Shown piece by piece: positions 38,362 to 48,352 of a stretch of 64,000 bases of DNA. Each line of letters begins with the position of its first letter. The stretch's first letter is position 1. Below the pieces are notes generated by a model. The model searched no databases. It had not been told where the DNA came from and saw only the letters and a program-made list of their open reading frames with translations. Both the position numbers and the translations under genes were made by a program. The stretch is from IMG/VR virus record IMGVR_UViG_3300025191_000001, positions 1 to 64,000 of that record; one strand, 5' to 3'. The stretch comes from a virus. Taxonomy: Duplodnaviria; Caudoviricetes.

Positions 38362-40827
38362 TCAATGCACTACATAGTAATTATCTCCTTTTTTAAATCC
38401 GCCATTCAAATCTATAACAAACTTAGGGGGTTCCTCATTAGGGAAGTGTTTAGGGTTCTTAAGATGATACTTATATATTTGATCCGCTGACCATGTGTAA
38501 GCATCCCCCGCCAGAGTCCCTGCGGTGTCCTCGTACCCATTAGTGACCTCTAAAAGTAGCTCATCGTGAAAACTGCCCACTACCTTAACTTCCTTCTCTA
38601 TTCCTCTTTTTTTCAAGTCTTTATAAAGTTTAACCGTTGCTAATTTCTGAGCTAATGCTTCAAACCCTTGGTCGATAGTATTAAAACTCTTATGACTACT
38701 ATTATTCCATAGCCAATAACCAAACGCAAGGGGTAACATGAAACCCCCTCCATACTTATAAGTTTGCTCGTAGTATTTCAGAACATCTATTACTGTATCC
38801 AAACCCATTTGTTCTAAGAACTGATTTTTCATCTTATTACCTTGGTTCTCTGGTACACCCACCATCTTAGCAAGTTTAGACCCTGAACAACCAAATATCA
38901 CTCCAAAACTGGCACCTTTGCTTTTCTTACGGGCAAGCATAATAGATTTTATAAGAGGTTTCTTTTGAGTTTTAACTGCTAACTTCCAATCATCCTCCGA
39001 GGTTAGTCCAAACATCCTAGCGTTAACGCAGTGTGCAGACTCTCCTACATATAATCCTTTTTCCTCATCCTCTGCTATACCTGCTGCTACATTGTAATAG
39101 TAAGCTTCGTTATTAGCGTAATATGCAGCGATTGATAACTGAGCCGACTTCATATCAATACCTACAAGCGTTTTACCCTCTTCCGCTATAAAACACTCTC
39201 TTATCTCTTTTCCATAAAGTGCGGACTCTGAAGGTACATTAACTACAATACGTTGTGCCCCTCTACCACTCCTCGTAGCAAAGTTATTCACTCCAGCAGG
39301 AATCCTACCATCTTCCCTTACATAACTTAGGATACCTTTGTTCTCAGGGTCTTTAAAGTTCTCTAAGAAGTTACGTCTATGTTTGTATGTATTATACTCA
39401 GCTATCTTCTTACCTAACCCTTCTGGTAATTGCTCATAATCGTCATCCGTTAACTTAGGACTTGATACGAGATACTCTCCTTTCTTAACAACCTTAACCA
39501 ACTGGTTATCGTAATGAGCTTTACGAGGCCATCTCACCTCTGTATTCTCTTCTACTTTAATGTAATTATCATTTACATCAGTTTTTAGATTCCACTCCTC
39601 CGCTTCTTTCCACCCAAGTTTAATTAGAAACCCTTTTACAACTTCATGCTGTGTCAGTTTAGAAGGTTCAATGCTAATCCTTGTGAAAGCTCCGCAAACT
39701 ATATCAGTGTCTTCTGGTTCTAAATCAAAATGGTTGCATGTATTCTGATTTAATACTTTCGTCTCCCATTCTTCTTTATATATATTCCATCCTTTAGTGT
39801 GACCATGCTTACGTTTAATAACGTCAGTGACCTCTTTCTTAGTGTCAAAAGAAGGTACTCTGCCTAGAGTAGGATGTTCAGCTTTCCATGCTTTATGTTT
39901 CTCAGTGTTATAATATTTAACAGTGGGTTTATGAAAAGGTTTCTCGATGACATCTACAACCTCCCCATCTTTCTTCTTCTTAATCCACTTCTCTCTAACC
40001 CTACTAGAGTCAAAACCGAACAACTCAGACATTTCTCTTCGACTTACTTTAGGAGTAGAACCTTTAATAGTAGGTGGTAATTGAGGTTCGATTTCTTTAC
40101 GTAGTACCTCTAATTTTTCATCTAAGTCTTTTATACAACGCCTAGCATGTTCAATGTCAATCTTAACCCCGTTCTGTTCTTGACGGAAGCACTCAATAGC
40201 ATACTGCCCCTCAATATCTAATGCTACAGAGAAATCTACACCGTAACGTTCCTTTAAAAGAGAAGCCTCTTTATCTAGCATTAGATAACAACTAGCTTGT
40301 ATTTTACAATCCTCTACAACCCTGTGCATCTTGAAAGCGTCTATTGTAGTCCAGTCTGTAATCTCAGGCTTATTAACACCGCACTTAATACCGTAAGCTT
40401 TAAGACCATGCGGGCTTTTAGCACCTTTAGGGGTAGGACGTTCAAACCATTGCACTTTAGACTGTACAAACGTGTCGTGGTAGTCCTTACGTTTGATAGT
40501 GTTATCTTTCCATATCTTATCAATTACGTGTTTATCGTAACCATACGTATTATGGATAATTAGTTTACTACCATTAGCAACTGCTTTCTCCCAGAACTTA
40601 ATTCCCTCATCCAATGTACCTACTCTAGCGGGTATTGTATAAGTTTTATGGTCATAAGGGTCTACTACTTCTACATTATCAAACTCAGGGTGATCGTGAA
40701 ACAGTAATACCTCCTCTGTCTCTATATCAATAGAACAAAGACAATGTATATCTTTCTTAGTATGAACTTTGTCATAGAAGCCCACTGCCTCAATATCTGA
40801 GGCAAGTAGTCTATTTTTATACTCCAT
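38362..40827 (-). CDS. DNA polymerase, family A with 3'-5' exonuclease
   Basis: DIEA, HN..GYD exonuclease motifs; TRSGR; motif A DMKSAQL, motif B RKKSKGASFGVIFG, motif C FHDE. Confidence 0.93.
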   Translation of the reverse strand: MEYKNRLLASDIEAVGFYDKVHTKKDIHCLCSIDIETEEVLLFHDHPEFDNVEVVDPYDHKTYTIPARVGTLDEGIKFWEKAVANGSKLIIHNTYGYDKHVIDKIWKDNTIKRKDYHDTFVQSKVQWFERPTPKGAKSPHGLKAYGIKCGVNKPEITDWTTIDAFKMHRVVEDCKIQASCYLMLDKEASLLKERYGVDFSVALDIEGQYAIECFRQEQNGVKIDIEHARRCIKDLDEKLEVLRKEIEPQLPPTIKGSTPKVSRREMSELFGFDSSRVREKWIKKKKDGEVVDVIEKPFHKPTVKYYNTEKHKAWKAEHPTLGRVPSFDTKKEVTDVIKRKHGHTKGWNIYKEEWETKVLNQNTCNHFDLEPEDTDIVCGAFTRISIEPSKLTQHEVVKGFLIKLGWKEAEEWNLKTDVNDNYIKVEENTEVRWPRKAHYDNQLVKVVKKGEYLVSSPKLTDDDYEQLPEGLGKKIAEYNTYKHRRNFLENFKDPENKGILSYVREDGRIPAGVNNFATRSGRGAQRIVVNVPSESALYGKEIRECFIAEEGKTLVGIDMKSAQLSIAAYYANNEAYYYNVAAGIAEDEEKGLYVGESAHCVNARMFGLTSEDDWKLAVKTQKKPLIKSIMLARKKSKGASFGVIFGCSGSKLAKMVGVPENQGNKMKNQFLEQMGLDTVIDVLKYYEQTYKYGGGFMLPLAFGYWLWNNSSHKSFNTIDQGFEALAQKLATVKLYKDLKKRGIEKEVKVVGSFHDELLLEVTNGYEDTAGTLAGDAYTWSADQIYKYHLKNPKHFPNEEPPKFVIDLNGGFKKGDNYYVVH

Positions 40828-43809
40828 TTATTCTTCTCCTTCAAAAGGGTTAATGTCCTCCTCCACATTATCAGGTTCAAATGGAGGTTTATCTTCGTCT
40901 ATGTTAGCAGGTTTTTTAGGTTTAGTCAGTTTCTTTTTACTACTAGTTTCTTTTTTACTAGTAGGGTCTCCTTCAAAGTAATCTATCAGGTCATGTAGCT
41001 CTCTAGTTTTAAAGTCATAATAAAGGTCTGTAGCGTGTCCTGTGACACCCCCCCTGCATTTAGGCATATCAACTATAGTGGTATTACGCTCTACTGGGTC
41101 TTCTGCCATCTTATCCCTATTAAAGACAATATTTATATGAGCAGATTGTACAAAACTACTAGAACCTATCGCATCATACTCTGTAGCTTTTCTTTGCTTT
41201 CCTTGTCCGTCAGCAGGAGGTTTCCTTGTGTGAAGTACATTAACAATAATGATACCTCTTTTTACCATTAACTTCTGCCACATCATATGCTTCTCTTGGT
41301 CAGAGTTATCAAGGGAGCGTAGTAAATCGCTTAATACATCAATTACTATAACCTTACATCCATGCTGTTTAACCATTTGCTCTATCTGCTTCTCTACTAC
41401 AGTGATTTTACCCTCACGTTCATCTACAATGTTAAAACGAGGTACACCATACTCTGTACTAAATAAGTCTTCATACTTGTCCTTAATTTCAGGGCTATCG
41501 AGTAATTGAAGTACTTCCCCCCCTTCAGGTATAGCTTGTAAGTTAATACCTAAGTGCATAGATAACATATCAAGTGCATACTCTGCGGAAGTTGACTCTA
41601 AGGAAACTACCCCCGTCTTAGCAATATCAAGACAGTCCATGATCCAATGATATACCATAGAATTTACAAGAGTCGTATTATGAGTAACTGTGCCGTCACC
41701 TAAACAAAATCTTTTATTACCATCGATCTGAAAACCGTAATATTGCCCCTTTCCTAAGCTTTCTACCTCAATGGATGTTCTTATAGGGTCTCTTCCACTT
41801 GTCCTATCTTTAGCGATTTTTCGTCCTACCTTCAAATTAAGTTTAGACATATCTCCAGACAAAAACATTCGCAAGTACTCGCCTTTGAAGTCATTTTGAC
41901 AATTTTTTTCTACCACATTAGCCGTTACCCTAAAACCTAAACTCCTTGCTAACTTTAACGCATCCTCCGCCAGTTGGTTATTTTTTAGAGTTAGTTCATA
42001 GGAAACACCGTTGTGTAAATAGCCGTCTCCGTCTAATAAACCACTTAGCAACGCTACTCGGTCTTCGTAACAAGCTACCATATACTCTTGTGGTATATGT
42101 TTATTATTTATTAAGTTTTTATTCTTTAACCAAACTTTTAAACCCCCTTTTACGCTATAGGTAGTGCAGGTTTCTCTTAACGCTGAGGGGGATATAGTTA
42201 TTTCATAATTATTATAACTACACCAATCGTACAACCACTTTTTAAGTTCCCTATCTTTATTAGAAAAAGTGAACCTAGATGTAGCGGAATGTCCCTCTGC
42301 TAACCACAAACCCACCATATAAGGGTGTTCTACCTTATTTCCTTTACCTAATTCCGTCATATCTGCTATGTATCCTTTAAGGGAATCCTTTTTAGTTTTA
42401 CTTAGTTCTAAGTAATCCTTAATATTAATATCAACAGTTTGATTTTTGTTAAAACCAAACTTAGTGATAAAAGGTTTTAACGATAAAATATGACTCTCGT
42501 TGACAACATAGTCCATCCCTCTTTGTTGTTTTATTTTATATAAATTTTCAAAACCTTGGCATACAGATAATATATTACGAGGGCTTCCGTCGTCGCCCAT
42601 GACCTGATCACCTTTTTTAATATCTTGTACTTTTTTAATAGTATTGTCTGCCATTAGTACTGGAGTATCCTTGCCCAAGCACTTGCCAACAGAACTATCG
42701 GCTATAATATTAACAATCCTCCCAAAACCAATGCCACCTCTCATATTTTCTTGCAGACGATGCATGAAAGGAGGTAACGTCAGTTTAGGTGTATTAAGAA
42801 AATCAGGAAGTTCCTCTATAATTTCATTAGAACCTTTAATACCACTTGATACACAAGGTTTAGCATTGTAGAAATTACGTATAAATTGTTTATGTTTCCC
42901 TTTCTGTAGCATATCATTAGGGTCTTTACCCGACCACGTTACAATATGTACTTTCTCTGCTGGTAATACGTCTAAGCATCGTTCTATTGCCTCCTTGCCA
43001 GCTTTATCAGAGTCTAGGGCAAGGTATATGTTGTCATAGGTATCTAACCAATCGTATTGTGCTGATAGTTGTTTATAAGCACTTCCCTCCCCCGTGGTAG
43101 GAGAAACTATAGGGAATTGGTCGTACTCAGTTTGACCTCGTGACCTGTTGTATTCTGTAAACATCTCTAAAGCAGCATGGCAGTCCTCTTGCCCACCACA
43201 GACCATTACGTACTTTCCGTGACCTTTTTTCCATCGAACTTGTCCGTATAAGTCGCTAGACATACCTGTCTTACCTAGTCTAGGTTGTTTAAAATTCTTA
43301 GGGTGTTTTCTTATAGTGTAGCCCGTAATTTTACCGTTTTCCGTCTCTGGGTAATAACGTGCTTCGACCTCTCCATTACTGTCAAGTTTTGTAAGACACC
43401 CATAGAATTTTACAAACTCATCCTTAATTCCTCTGTACCCTTTACCTTTGTAGCCTATAGACCTAATTAAATTTTTAACTTCGTCTATAGATAAAGGTTC
43501 GGCTTTAGATGTCTTAGATAGTTTAATATTCTTAGACACTTTACCGTTATCATCTAGACTTAAGTCATTTGCTATAGAGCTTTTACTCAACATATCATTG
43601 TCATAAACTTGGTTGCAAGACCAACAATAAGCGTCATAGTATGTACCTTCGTCTGTATCGTGTTGGTACACAGACATAGCGTCAGAACTACCACAACATT
43701 TTAAGGATGGATAATCCTCAATAATCTCATCAGATATACAAGGGAAGTGTTGTGATATACGGTCTCCCGATGATTTACCCTCTTGTTTATTCTTTGTAAT
43801 CTTCTTCAC
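40828..43809 (-). CDS. Primase-helicase (T7 gp4-like) containing an intein
   Basis: N-terminal Zn finger, TOPRIM (GGQED, LDSD..G, KDPND), Walker A SSVGK|T, IVID, H.RK, IGSS. Confidence 0.92.
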   Translation of the reverse strand: MKKITKNKQEGKSSGDRISQHFPCISDEIIEDYPSLKCCGSSDAMSVYQHDTDEGTYYDAYCWSCNQVYDNDMLSKSSIANDLSLDDNGKVSKNIKLSKTSKAEPLSIDEVKNLIRSIGYKGKGYRGIKDEFVKFYGCLTKLDSNGEVEARYYPETENGKITGYTIRKHPKNFKQPRLGKTGMSSDLYGQVRWKKGHGKYVMVCGGQEDCHAALEMFTEYNRSRGQTEYDQFPIVSPTTGEGSAYKQLSAQYDWLDTYDNIYLALDSDKAGKEAIERCLDVLPAEKVHIVTWSGKDPNDMLQKGKHKQFIRNFYNAKPCVSSGIKGSNEIIEELPDFLNTPKLTLPPFMHRLQENMRGGIGFGRIVNIIADSSVGKCLGKDTPVLMADNTIKKVQDIKKGDQVMGDDGSPRNILSVCQGFENLYKIKQQRGMDYVVNESHILSLKPFITKFGFNKNQTVDINIKDYLELSKTKKDSLKGYIADMTELGKGNKVEHPYMVGLWLAEGHSATSRFTFSNKDRELKKWLYDWCSYNNYEITISPSALRETCTTYSVKGGLKVWLKNKNLINNKHIPQEYMVACYEDRVALLSGLLDGDGYLHNGVSYELTLKNNQLAEDALKLARSLGFRVTANVVEKNCQNDFKGEYLRMFLSGDMSKLNLKVGRKIAKDRTSGRDPIRTSIEVESLGKGQYYGFQIDGNKRFCLGDGTVTHNTTLVNSMVYHWIMDCLDIAKTGVVSLESTSAEYALDMLSMHLGINLQAIPEGGEVLQLLDSPEIKDKYEDLFSTEYGVPRFNIVDEREGKITVVEKQIEQMVKQHGCKVIVIDVLSDLLRSLDNSDQEKHMMWQKLMVKRGIIIVNVLHTRKPPADGQGKQRKATEYDAIGSSSFVQSAHINIVFNRDKMAEDPVERNTTIVDMPKCRGGVTGHATDLYYDFKTRELHDLIDYFEGDPTSKKETSSKKKLTKPKKPANIDEDKPPFEPDNVEEDINPFEGEE
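41677..42681 (-). mobile_element. Intein (335 aa) with LAGLIDADG homing endonuclease in the helicase P-loop
   Basis: N-terminus CLGKDTPVLMAD, block B VNESHIL, GLWLAEG and LSGLLDGDG motifs, C-terminus VTHN followed by +1 Thr. Confidence 0.93.
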
Positions 43810-43812
43810 ACA

Positions 43813-44118
43813 CTATCCCCCTAATTCATACATCACATCAATCTCATTCACTCTTAGGTTATGCTCCATAGAAGTTTCTATATCGCTTAATGTCTCACTT
43901 AACTTTTTAGGATTACCAAATCCACCGTCTTCCTCTCTAACCCCTAAATCTCCCCAATCCTCTTCTCCAAACATATCCCTTTGATCACCTCGTATAAGCT
44001 CCTGTAACTGCTTCTCAAGAGACTTTAAGTATTTCTTGTCCGATACTACCTCTTTAGATTTAACATCGATAGAACGCTTTACAGAGACGATTTTGTATTC
44101 TAACTCTTGTTTAGTCAT
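43813..44118 (-). CDS. Hypothetical coiled-coil protein
   Basis: Packing, RBS. Confidence 0.6.
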   Translation of the reverse strand: MTKQELEYKIVSVKRSIDVKSKEVVSDKKYLKSLEKQLQELIRGDQRDMFGEEDWGDLGVREEDGGFGNPKKLSETLSDIETSMEHNLRVNEIDVMYELGG

Positions 44119-44327
44119 TCTTTACTCCCCTCAATCTTCTTATTAAGATATTCCAAGTTATCTCTATTAGCCATACCCTGTGAAGACACTATATTAGCAA
44201 GGAATGCTACAAAGAGGATACCTACTAACGTTGCGTCTACAGCATAGAACATTCCAAAGAAACAAGCTATAGCGATGTAAAAATTAATTTGATGGTAAAC
44301 CTTGTTAGGTAGTATGTCTTTTTTCAT
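44115..44327 (-). CDS. Small membrane protein
   Basis: Two hydrophobic helices. Confidence 0.65.
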   Translation of the reverse strand: MKKDILPNKVYHQINFYIAIACFFGMFYAVDATLVGILFVAFLANIVSSQGMANRDNLEYLNKKIEGSKE

Positions 44328-44347
44328 AGATTACGCCTCCGTATCCT

Positions 44348-44758
44348 CTAATTTATCATCCTACGCCAACAATAATCTTCATCTTTGTTGGGGTTTTCTA
44401 TATCCACCTTTTCTGAGTAGCAACCATTAGACTCTCCTAACCACCTCATATTAACATATCCCTTGCTAGTAGCTATATTGTAGAATGTCCAAGTAAAAGA
44501 ATCTGGATAATCTATCCCTGTAGGATCATCTGTGTTAGTACTCTCTGTGAAAGATAAAACAGTCCCACCTTCTAGGTCTGCTTTATCTCCACAAATATCA
44601 TATAAGTAAACATGTTCACAGCAATCCTGTTCATGGTGCATGATAATAACATTACCGTCATCGAACTCAAATTTAACAAGGTCACTGTCTACTTCCAAGC
44701 CTGTTACTTTAGTAATAGTTAATCCTGTCAAATCTTGTAAACAATTAATTTCTTTCAT
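44348..44758 (-). CDS. Hypothetical phage protein
   Basis: HEQDCCEHV...TWTFY...RWLGESNG.YS motif recurrent in phages. Confidence 0.75.
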   Translation of the reverse strand: MKEINCLQDLTGLTITKVTGLEVDSDLVKFEFDDGNVIIMHHEQDCCEHVYLYDICGDKADLEGGTVLSFTESTNTDDPTGIDYPDSFTWTFYNIATSKGYVNMRWLGESNGCYSEKVDIENPNKDEDYCWRRMIN

Positions 44759-44761
44759 ACT

Positions 44762-45046
44762 TTACTCCTCCATAGATTCTATACTACGTCTAACTTTGAT
44801 ATTGTACTCTTTACAAAGGTAGTATGTATAGAACAAGTCTACAAGACACAAAATAAACGAGATAAAGTATAAAGCAGATACAAACATACCAAAGAAAAAC
44901 AACACCACATATACAAGCCCCACTACATTGTCCTCTAGGTAAAATCTGTGAGCACCTAAGCCTCCGAATAGACCCCCTAACAAATAGGCAATAAATACAT
45001 TCTTCTTACGTGAATCATATAACATCTCTTGTTGAAAATTAGTCAT
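44762..45046 (-). CDS. TM2/NINE-domain membrane protein
   Basis: KKN..IAYLL..LFGGLGAHRFYL motif. Confidence 0.85.
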   Translation of the reverse strand: MTNFQQEMLYDSRKKNVFIAYLLGGLFGGLGAHRFYLEDNVVGLVYVVLFFFGMFVSALYFISFILCLVDLFYTYYLCKEYNIKVRRSIESMEE

Positions 45047-45072
45047 TAGTTTTCTCCTTAATTAAATTAATA

Positions 45073-45603
45073 TCAATCTTGCAATGGGAATGCCGAGAAA
45101 GGGCAAACCTCTACCCAATCAGGCTTAACCCTGTTAGTCCACTCTACCTTAATAGGTTTCTCTCTGTCAAGCCATTCTTTAAACTTTTCGTTTAAGTATC
45201 TCTTATAGGCCCTAGTTTGGTCGAATATCCCTAAAACTTTAAACTTCTCTGGCATTGCCATAGGGAACACTGTTAGACCAAGATTACATATATTATCAGG
45301 CATTAATCTCACTTTGTCAAGTACTGATTGTGTTTTATGCACTTTACCTGTTCTGTAAGTGTATTCCTCACATAAAGCTGATAAGTGGTCTAGTGCCCAT
45401 TGGTAATTGTCAGAACTCTTACGAATCCATACACTACAAGGGTGATTCTTATGTGTAGGTTTGTACCCTACAATATGCCCGTCTAACTCATAATGCGCTG
45501 TAGAAAGCATTTGCATCAGCTCCACAATCATCTTCCGTAAATGCACGTCACAGTGATGTTTAGCAGCTTCAACAGGGCACACGCTTGTAATGAATAGATT
45601 CAT
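45073..45603 (-). CDS. Pyrimidine-dimer glycosylase/DenV-related family protein
   Basis: MNLF...CP..AA..HCD.H..KM..E..QMLSTAH, YK.TH.NHPC..W. Confidence 0.7.
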   Translation of the reverse strand: MNLFITSVCPVEAAKHHCDVHLRKMIVELMQMLSTAHYELDGHIVGYKPTHKNHPCSVWIRKSSDNYQWALDHLSALCEEYTYRTGKVHKTQSVLDKVRLMPDNICNLGLTVFPMAMPEKFKVLGIFDQTRAYKRYLNEKFKEWLDREKPIKVEWTNRVKPDWVEVCPFSAFPLQD

Positions 45604-45613
45604 AAACTATCTC

Positions 45614-45772
45614 CTAAATAATACCAACTTGTTTGCAGAACCATAACCCTACTATGAAAGAAAACACATAGCAAGGGATTTGAAGAATTAATTTTGACCT
45701 AGTGTTAGGTGTCTCTATGATACTTCCAATAAACAACAACCATAACGCCAAGACTAATGCAATGTAAATCAT
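45614..45772 (-). CDS. Small membrane protein (52 aa, below ORF-track cutoff)
   Basis: MIYIALVLALWLLFIGS...; fills the gap between neighbours, two hydrophobic stretches. Confidence 0.6.
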   Translation of the reverse strand: MIYIALVLALWLLFIGSIIETPNTRSKLILQIPCYVFSFIVGLWFCKQVGII

Positions 45773-45777
45773 AATTA

Positions 45778-46155
45778 CTATCCTGCCTTAAAATATAATT
45801 CAGGTACGTCAGTCTCTTCATACCTGCTATACCCTATAAATTCGTCCTCACAAGTATCTATGTAAGGCATGATCCACTCAAAGAACTCCTCTATCTCTCC
45901 TTGATAATTCTTTATGTCACCCTTACCTAACAAAGAATACTGATCAGAGATACTGTCATAAGTGAGATTACCTACACAAGTACTAGGAGTGTAATAACTC
46001 CCATTCCCAAAAAGAAATCTCCACCTACGAGGTCTCCCTAGTAGGTAATGAGAATATTGTTCCTCTCCACACATAGCGAAAAGTGTACCTAGAACCTCTT
46101 TAGGTAAGTCCTTTTTTAAATCTACATTTACATAAATCTCTGTGTACATCCCCAT
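45778..46155 (-). CDS. Hypothetical phage protein
   Basis: MGMYTE, KNY..EIE.F..WI.PY, GY.RYEE motif. Confidence 0.75.
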   Translation of the reverse strand: MGMYTEIYVNVDLKKDLPKEVLGTLFAMCGEEQYSHYLLGRPRRWRFLFGNGSYYTPSTCVGNLTYDSISDQYSLLGKGDIKNYQGEIEEFFEWIMPYIDTCEDEFIGYSRYEETDVPELYFKAG

Positions 46156-46166
46156 AATCCTATCTC

Positions 46167-46397
46167 CTATAAAGTTAAATTCTTAATAACAATTTTATCA
46201 CCACAACAAGGGCAAGGGTATAGAGGGTGAAACTCTTGGGTGTCATACTTATCATAGTATGTAGTCTCACTGATCATTTCCTCTCCGCCATAAGGACTCT
46301 CTCTAAAGTAGTCTTCTACATCAACCTTACTAGTTATTACATCTAAGTCTAATACACTTCCGCAGCTTTTGCAAGAAGTAAAGTTAAGATTTACCAT
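46167..46397 (-). CDS. Zn-ribbon hypothetical protein
   Basis: CKSCG...CPCCG. Confidence 0.65.
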   Translation of the reverse strand: MVNLNFTSCKSCGSVLDLDVITSKVDVEDYFRESPYGGEEMISETTYYDKYDTQEFHPLYPCPCCGDKIVIKNLTL

Positions 46398-46407
46398 AAT
46401 TACTCTC

Positions 46408-46608
46408 CTAAAATGTTGTTATTAAGATATGGTCTTCATTAAGTTTTACCTCTATACCAGATAAATCTACAAAATACCACAAACTTTCTGAATTATCTTC
46501 AGCATTACCATCCATATCATACATACAACACTTCTCACATTCTTTTATGAGGCTTTCTATATTATCAGGATATTTATTTATAATAGATTCTGCTATAGAG
46601 CAATTCAT
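46408..46608 (-). CDS. Hypothetical protein
   Basis: RBS AGGAGA. Confidence 0.6.
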   Translation of the reverse strand: MNCSIAESIINKYPDNIESLIKECEKCCMYDMDGNAEDNSESLWYFVDLSGIEVKLNEDHILITTF

Positions 46609-46622
46609 AATTATTCTCCTAT

Positions 46623-47027
46623 TTAAATTTCTAGTGTATTAACTAAAACCATCTTATCAACAAGTGCCATAGATTGTAAACTACTCTCTACAAGAAAATC
46701 CTGTGGGACTTCATATACTGAAATCTTAGCTACGTCTAATTCTCTTACGTATCTTACAGCTTCTTCGTCTATATAGAACCAGTTTATGAGTTGGTCTAAA
46801 GAACTAAAACAGAAACGGTACTTAGTAATTTCATTAGAGATGCAGTAAGGAGAAAGAACAGGGTCACGCCATGGGGAGGGGTGTTTGTCTGCTAAGTACC
46901 CCTCTTTCCTAATCAGGATATTAGCTATGTAAGTACCTTGTTCCTCTAAATAGGCGCCTCTATATGCACCATTATTTCCTTTTATTATATCCCCTGTTTT
47001 GGATTCCAATCTGTAAACAAGTGGCAT
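46623..47027 (-). CDS. Hypothetical protein, possible ADP-ribosyltransferase-like fold
   Basis: VYR, HP.P..D, F.FSS..QL..WF, VYEV...SSLQ pattern. Confidence 0.5.
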   Translation of the reverse strand: MPLVYRLESKTGDIIKGNNGAYRGAYLEEQGTYIANILIRKEGYLADKHPSPWRDPVLSPYCISNEITKYRFCFSSLDQLINWFYIDEEAVRYVRELDVAKISVYEVPQDFLVESSLQSMALVDKMVLVNTLEI

Positions 47028-47030
47028 AGT

Positions 47031-47321
47031 TTATTCTCCTTCCCATTGATCATGCAACACCTGTAGCATTTTTATAGTATTGCTTAAAGACTTTTTATTA
47101 TCAAATAACAAGGTAACGTGGTTATCCTCAAAAGCTTCCTCGAAAGTTAGTGTCTTTTTATCTACACCCTCATTACAATAGGAAAACAAAAGACCTTTAA
47201 AACTCTCATGTCTTGCAGGGAACATCTTCATATCACCGTCACCTAAGTATAGGTGTGTGTTTATGATTGCGTTGTCTTCCTCTAATTCAAAACTGTGGAA
47301 TATTCCATACTTATTGCTCAT
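47031..47321 (-). CDS. Hypothetical protein
   Basis: RBS AGGAGA precedes MSNKYG. Confidence 0.6.
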   Translation of the reverse strand: MSNKYGIFHSFELEEDNAIINTHLYLGDGDMKMFPARHESFKGLLFSYCNEGVDKKTLTFEEAFEDNHVTLLFDNKKSLSNTIKMLQVLHDQWEGE

Positions 47322-47341
47322 AATTATTCTCCTATTTAAAA

Positions 47342-47437
47342 TCCTCTCTGTAATCAATTCTAAGAGGACTTAATTCTTACCAATACCATTGTGTACCTAA
47401 AGGGTAGATCTCTTGCTAGAGAGGCTTACAGGACGTT
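47342..47437. repeat. ~96-bp pseudo-palindromic element, copy 5
   Basis: TTCTAAGAGGACTTAATTCT identical over 20 nt to copy 6 reverse complement; GGCTTACAGGA right arm. Confidence 0.85.
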
Positions 47438-47443
47438 CTGTGG

Positions 47444-47713
47444 CTACATAAGTACACTAACTTTAAGTAGAAAGACTGTAGTATACTCAAGATCCCCTAG
47501 AGGGTCAATATACTTCAAAGTAACTTCAATATTTCCATTGCTTTTTTCTTTATACTCATGTCTTGATAAGGTAAAAGCCCTACAACCAAATAAACCTAAC
47601 TCCTCTAGGAATTCTGGGTCGTCCTCATTAAATATAGCTACAAAGTCCTCTACGCTCTCCGTCACTCTACCAATACAACCATCATAATACTGACACGTAC
47701 TGACTAAATACAT
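47444..47713 (-). CDS. Hypothetical protein, first gene of the leftward operon
   Basis: RBS AGGAGA; upstream TTGACA-17-TATAGT promoter at ~47790-47818. Confidence 0.65.
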   Translation of the reverse strand: MYLVSTCQYYDGCIGRVTESVEDFVAIFNEDDPEFLEELGLFGCRAFTLSRHEYKEKSNGNIEVTLKYIDPLGDLEYTTVFLLKVSVLM

Positions 47714-48041
47714 AATTGTTTCTCCTAATTTTATTTATTACGGAAGTCCACACGTCTACATGGCTTCCCTTTTCGATAACTTGTGATATACTATATACAG
47801 ACATTAAGATGATGTCAACAAGGAAATTCAAATAAAATGAAAATAATTCAAGTTGTAGATAATACATCTTCTCAAGGAACAATCTTAAAACAATTCCTTG
47901 ACACAGAGTATGAATGTAGTTTAGAGTTATTCCACGTTATCTTGTTCCTGTCGAAGTTCTATGACTTTGTTATTGATGATGGGGCTGTGGTAGTGTGTGA
48001 TAAAGAATAGTTACTTTATAAGTAAAGTAGAAAAATAATGC

Positions 48042-48069
48042 TTGACTTATAAATAAGTTGTGGTATAAT
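48042..48069 (+). promoter_or_regulatory. sigma70 promoter with overlapping palindrome (possible autoregulatory operator)
   Basis: TTGACT-16-TATAAT with TG extension; ACTTAT-AA-ATAAGT across the -35 and spacer. Confidence 0.7.
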
Positions 48070-48090
48070 ATATACAGAGGATAAAATCTA

Positions 48091-48330
48091 ATGGATAATT
48101 ACTTAGAGAATTTAAAATTTTCACTAATTGATAAGGTAGTGGAGACTATGAAAGAACAAGGTATAACAGCTTATCGTATCGCTAAAGACAACGATATAAA
48201 CGAAGCTTATCTTAGTAGAGTTTTGAATAAGAAAACAATCACTACTATAGACCGTATATTAATCCTTGCGGATTGTATTGGGTTAAGAGTAGATGATATT
48301 ATTTTTAGATTAGAGGTTGACAACAAGTAA
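48091..48330 (+). CDS. XRE/Cro-type HTH transcriptional regulator
   Basis: MKEQGITAYRIAKDNDINEAYLSRVLN..TTIDRI..LA..IG. Confidence 0.85.
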   Translation: MDNYLENLKFSLIDKVVETMKEQGITAYRIAKDNDINEAYLSRVLNKKTITTIDRILILADCIGLRVDDIIFRLEVDNK

Positions 48331-48346
48331 TCTATATGTTTTAATG
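48318..48346 (+). promoter_or_regulatory. sigma70 promoter driving the non-coding structured region
   Basis: TTGACA-17-TTTAAT with TG upstream of -10; no ORF downstream for ~630 nt. Confidence 0.65.
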
Positions 48347-48352
48347 TAAGAA

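Noticed and set aside
47682-47882. 66-aa minus-strand ORF, and 47391-47687 on the plus strand
   Set aside because: They overlap a promoter, a repeat element or a better-supported gene; no RBS
48091-48330. Lysogeny repressor implying a temperate lifestyle
   Set aside because: No integrase, partition genes or peptidase domain; the gene content is that of a lytic phage
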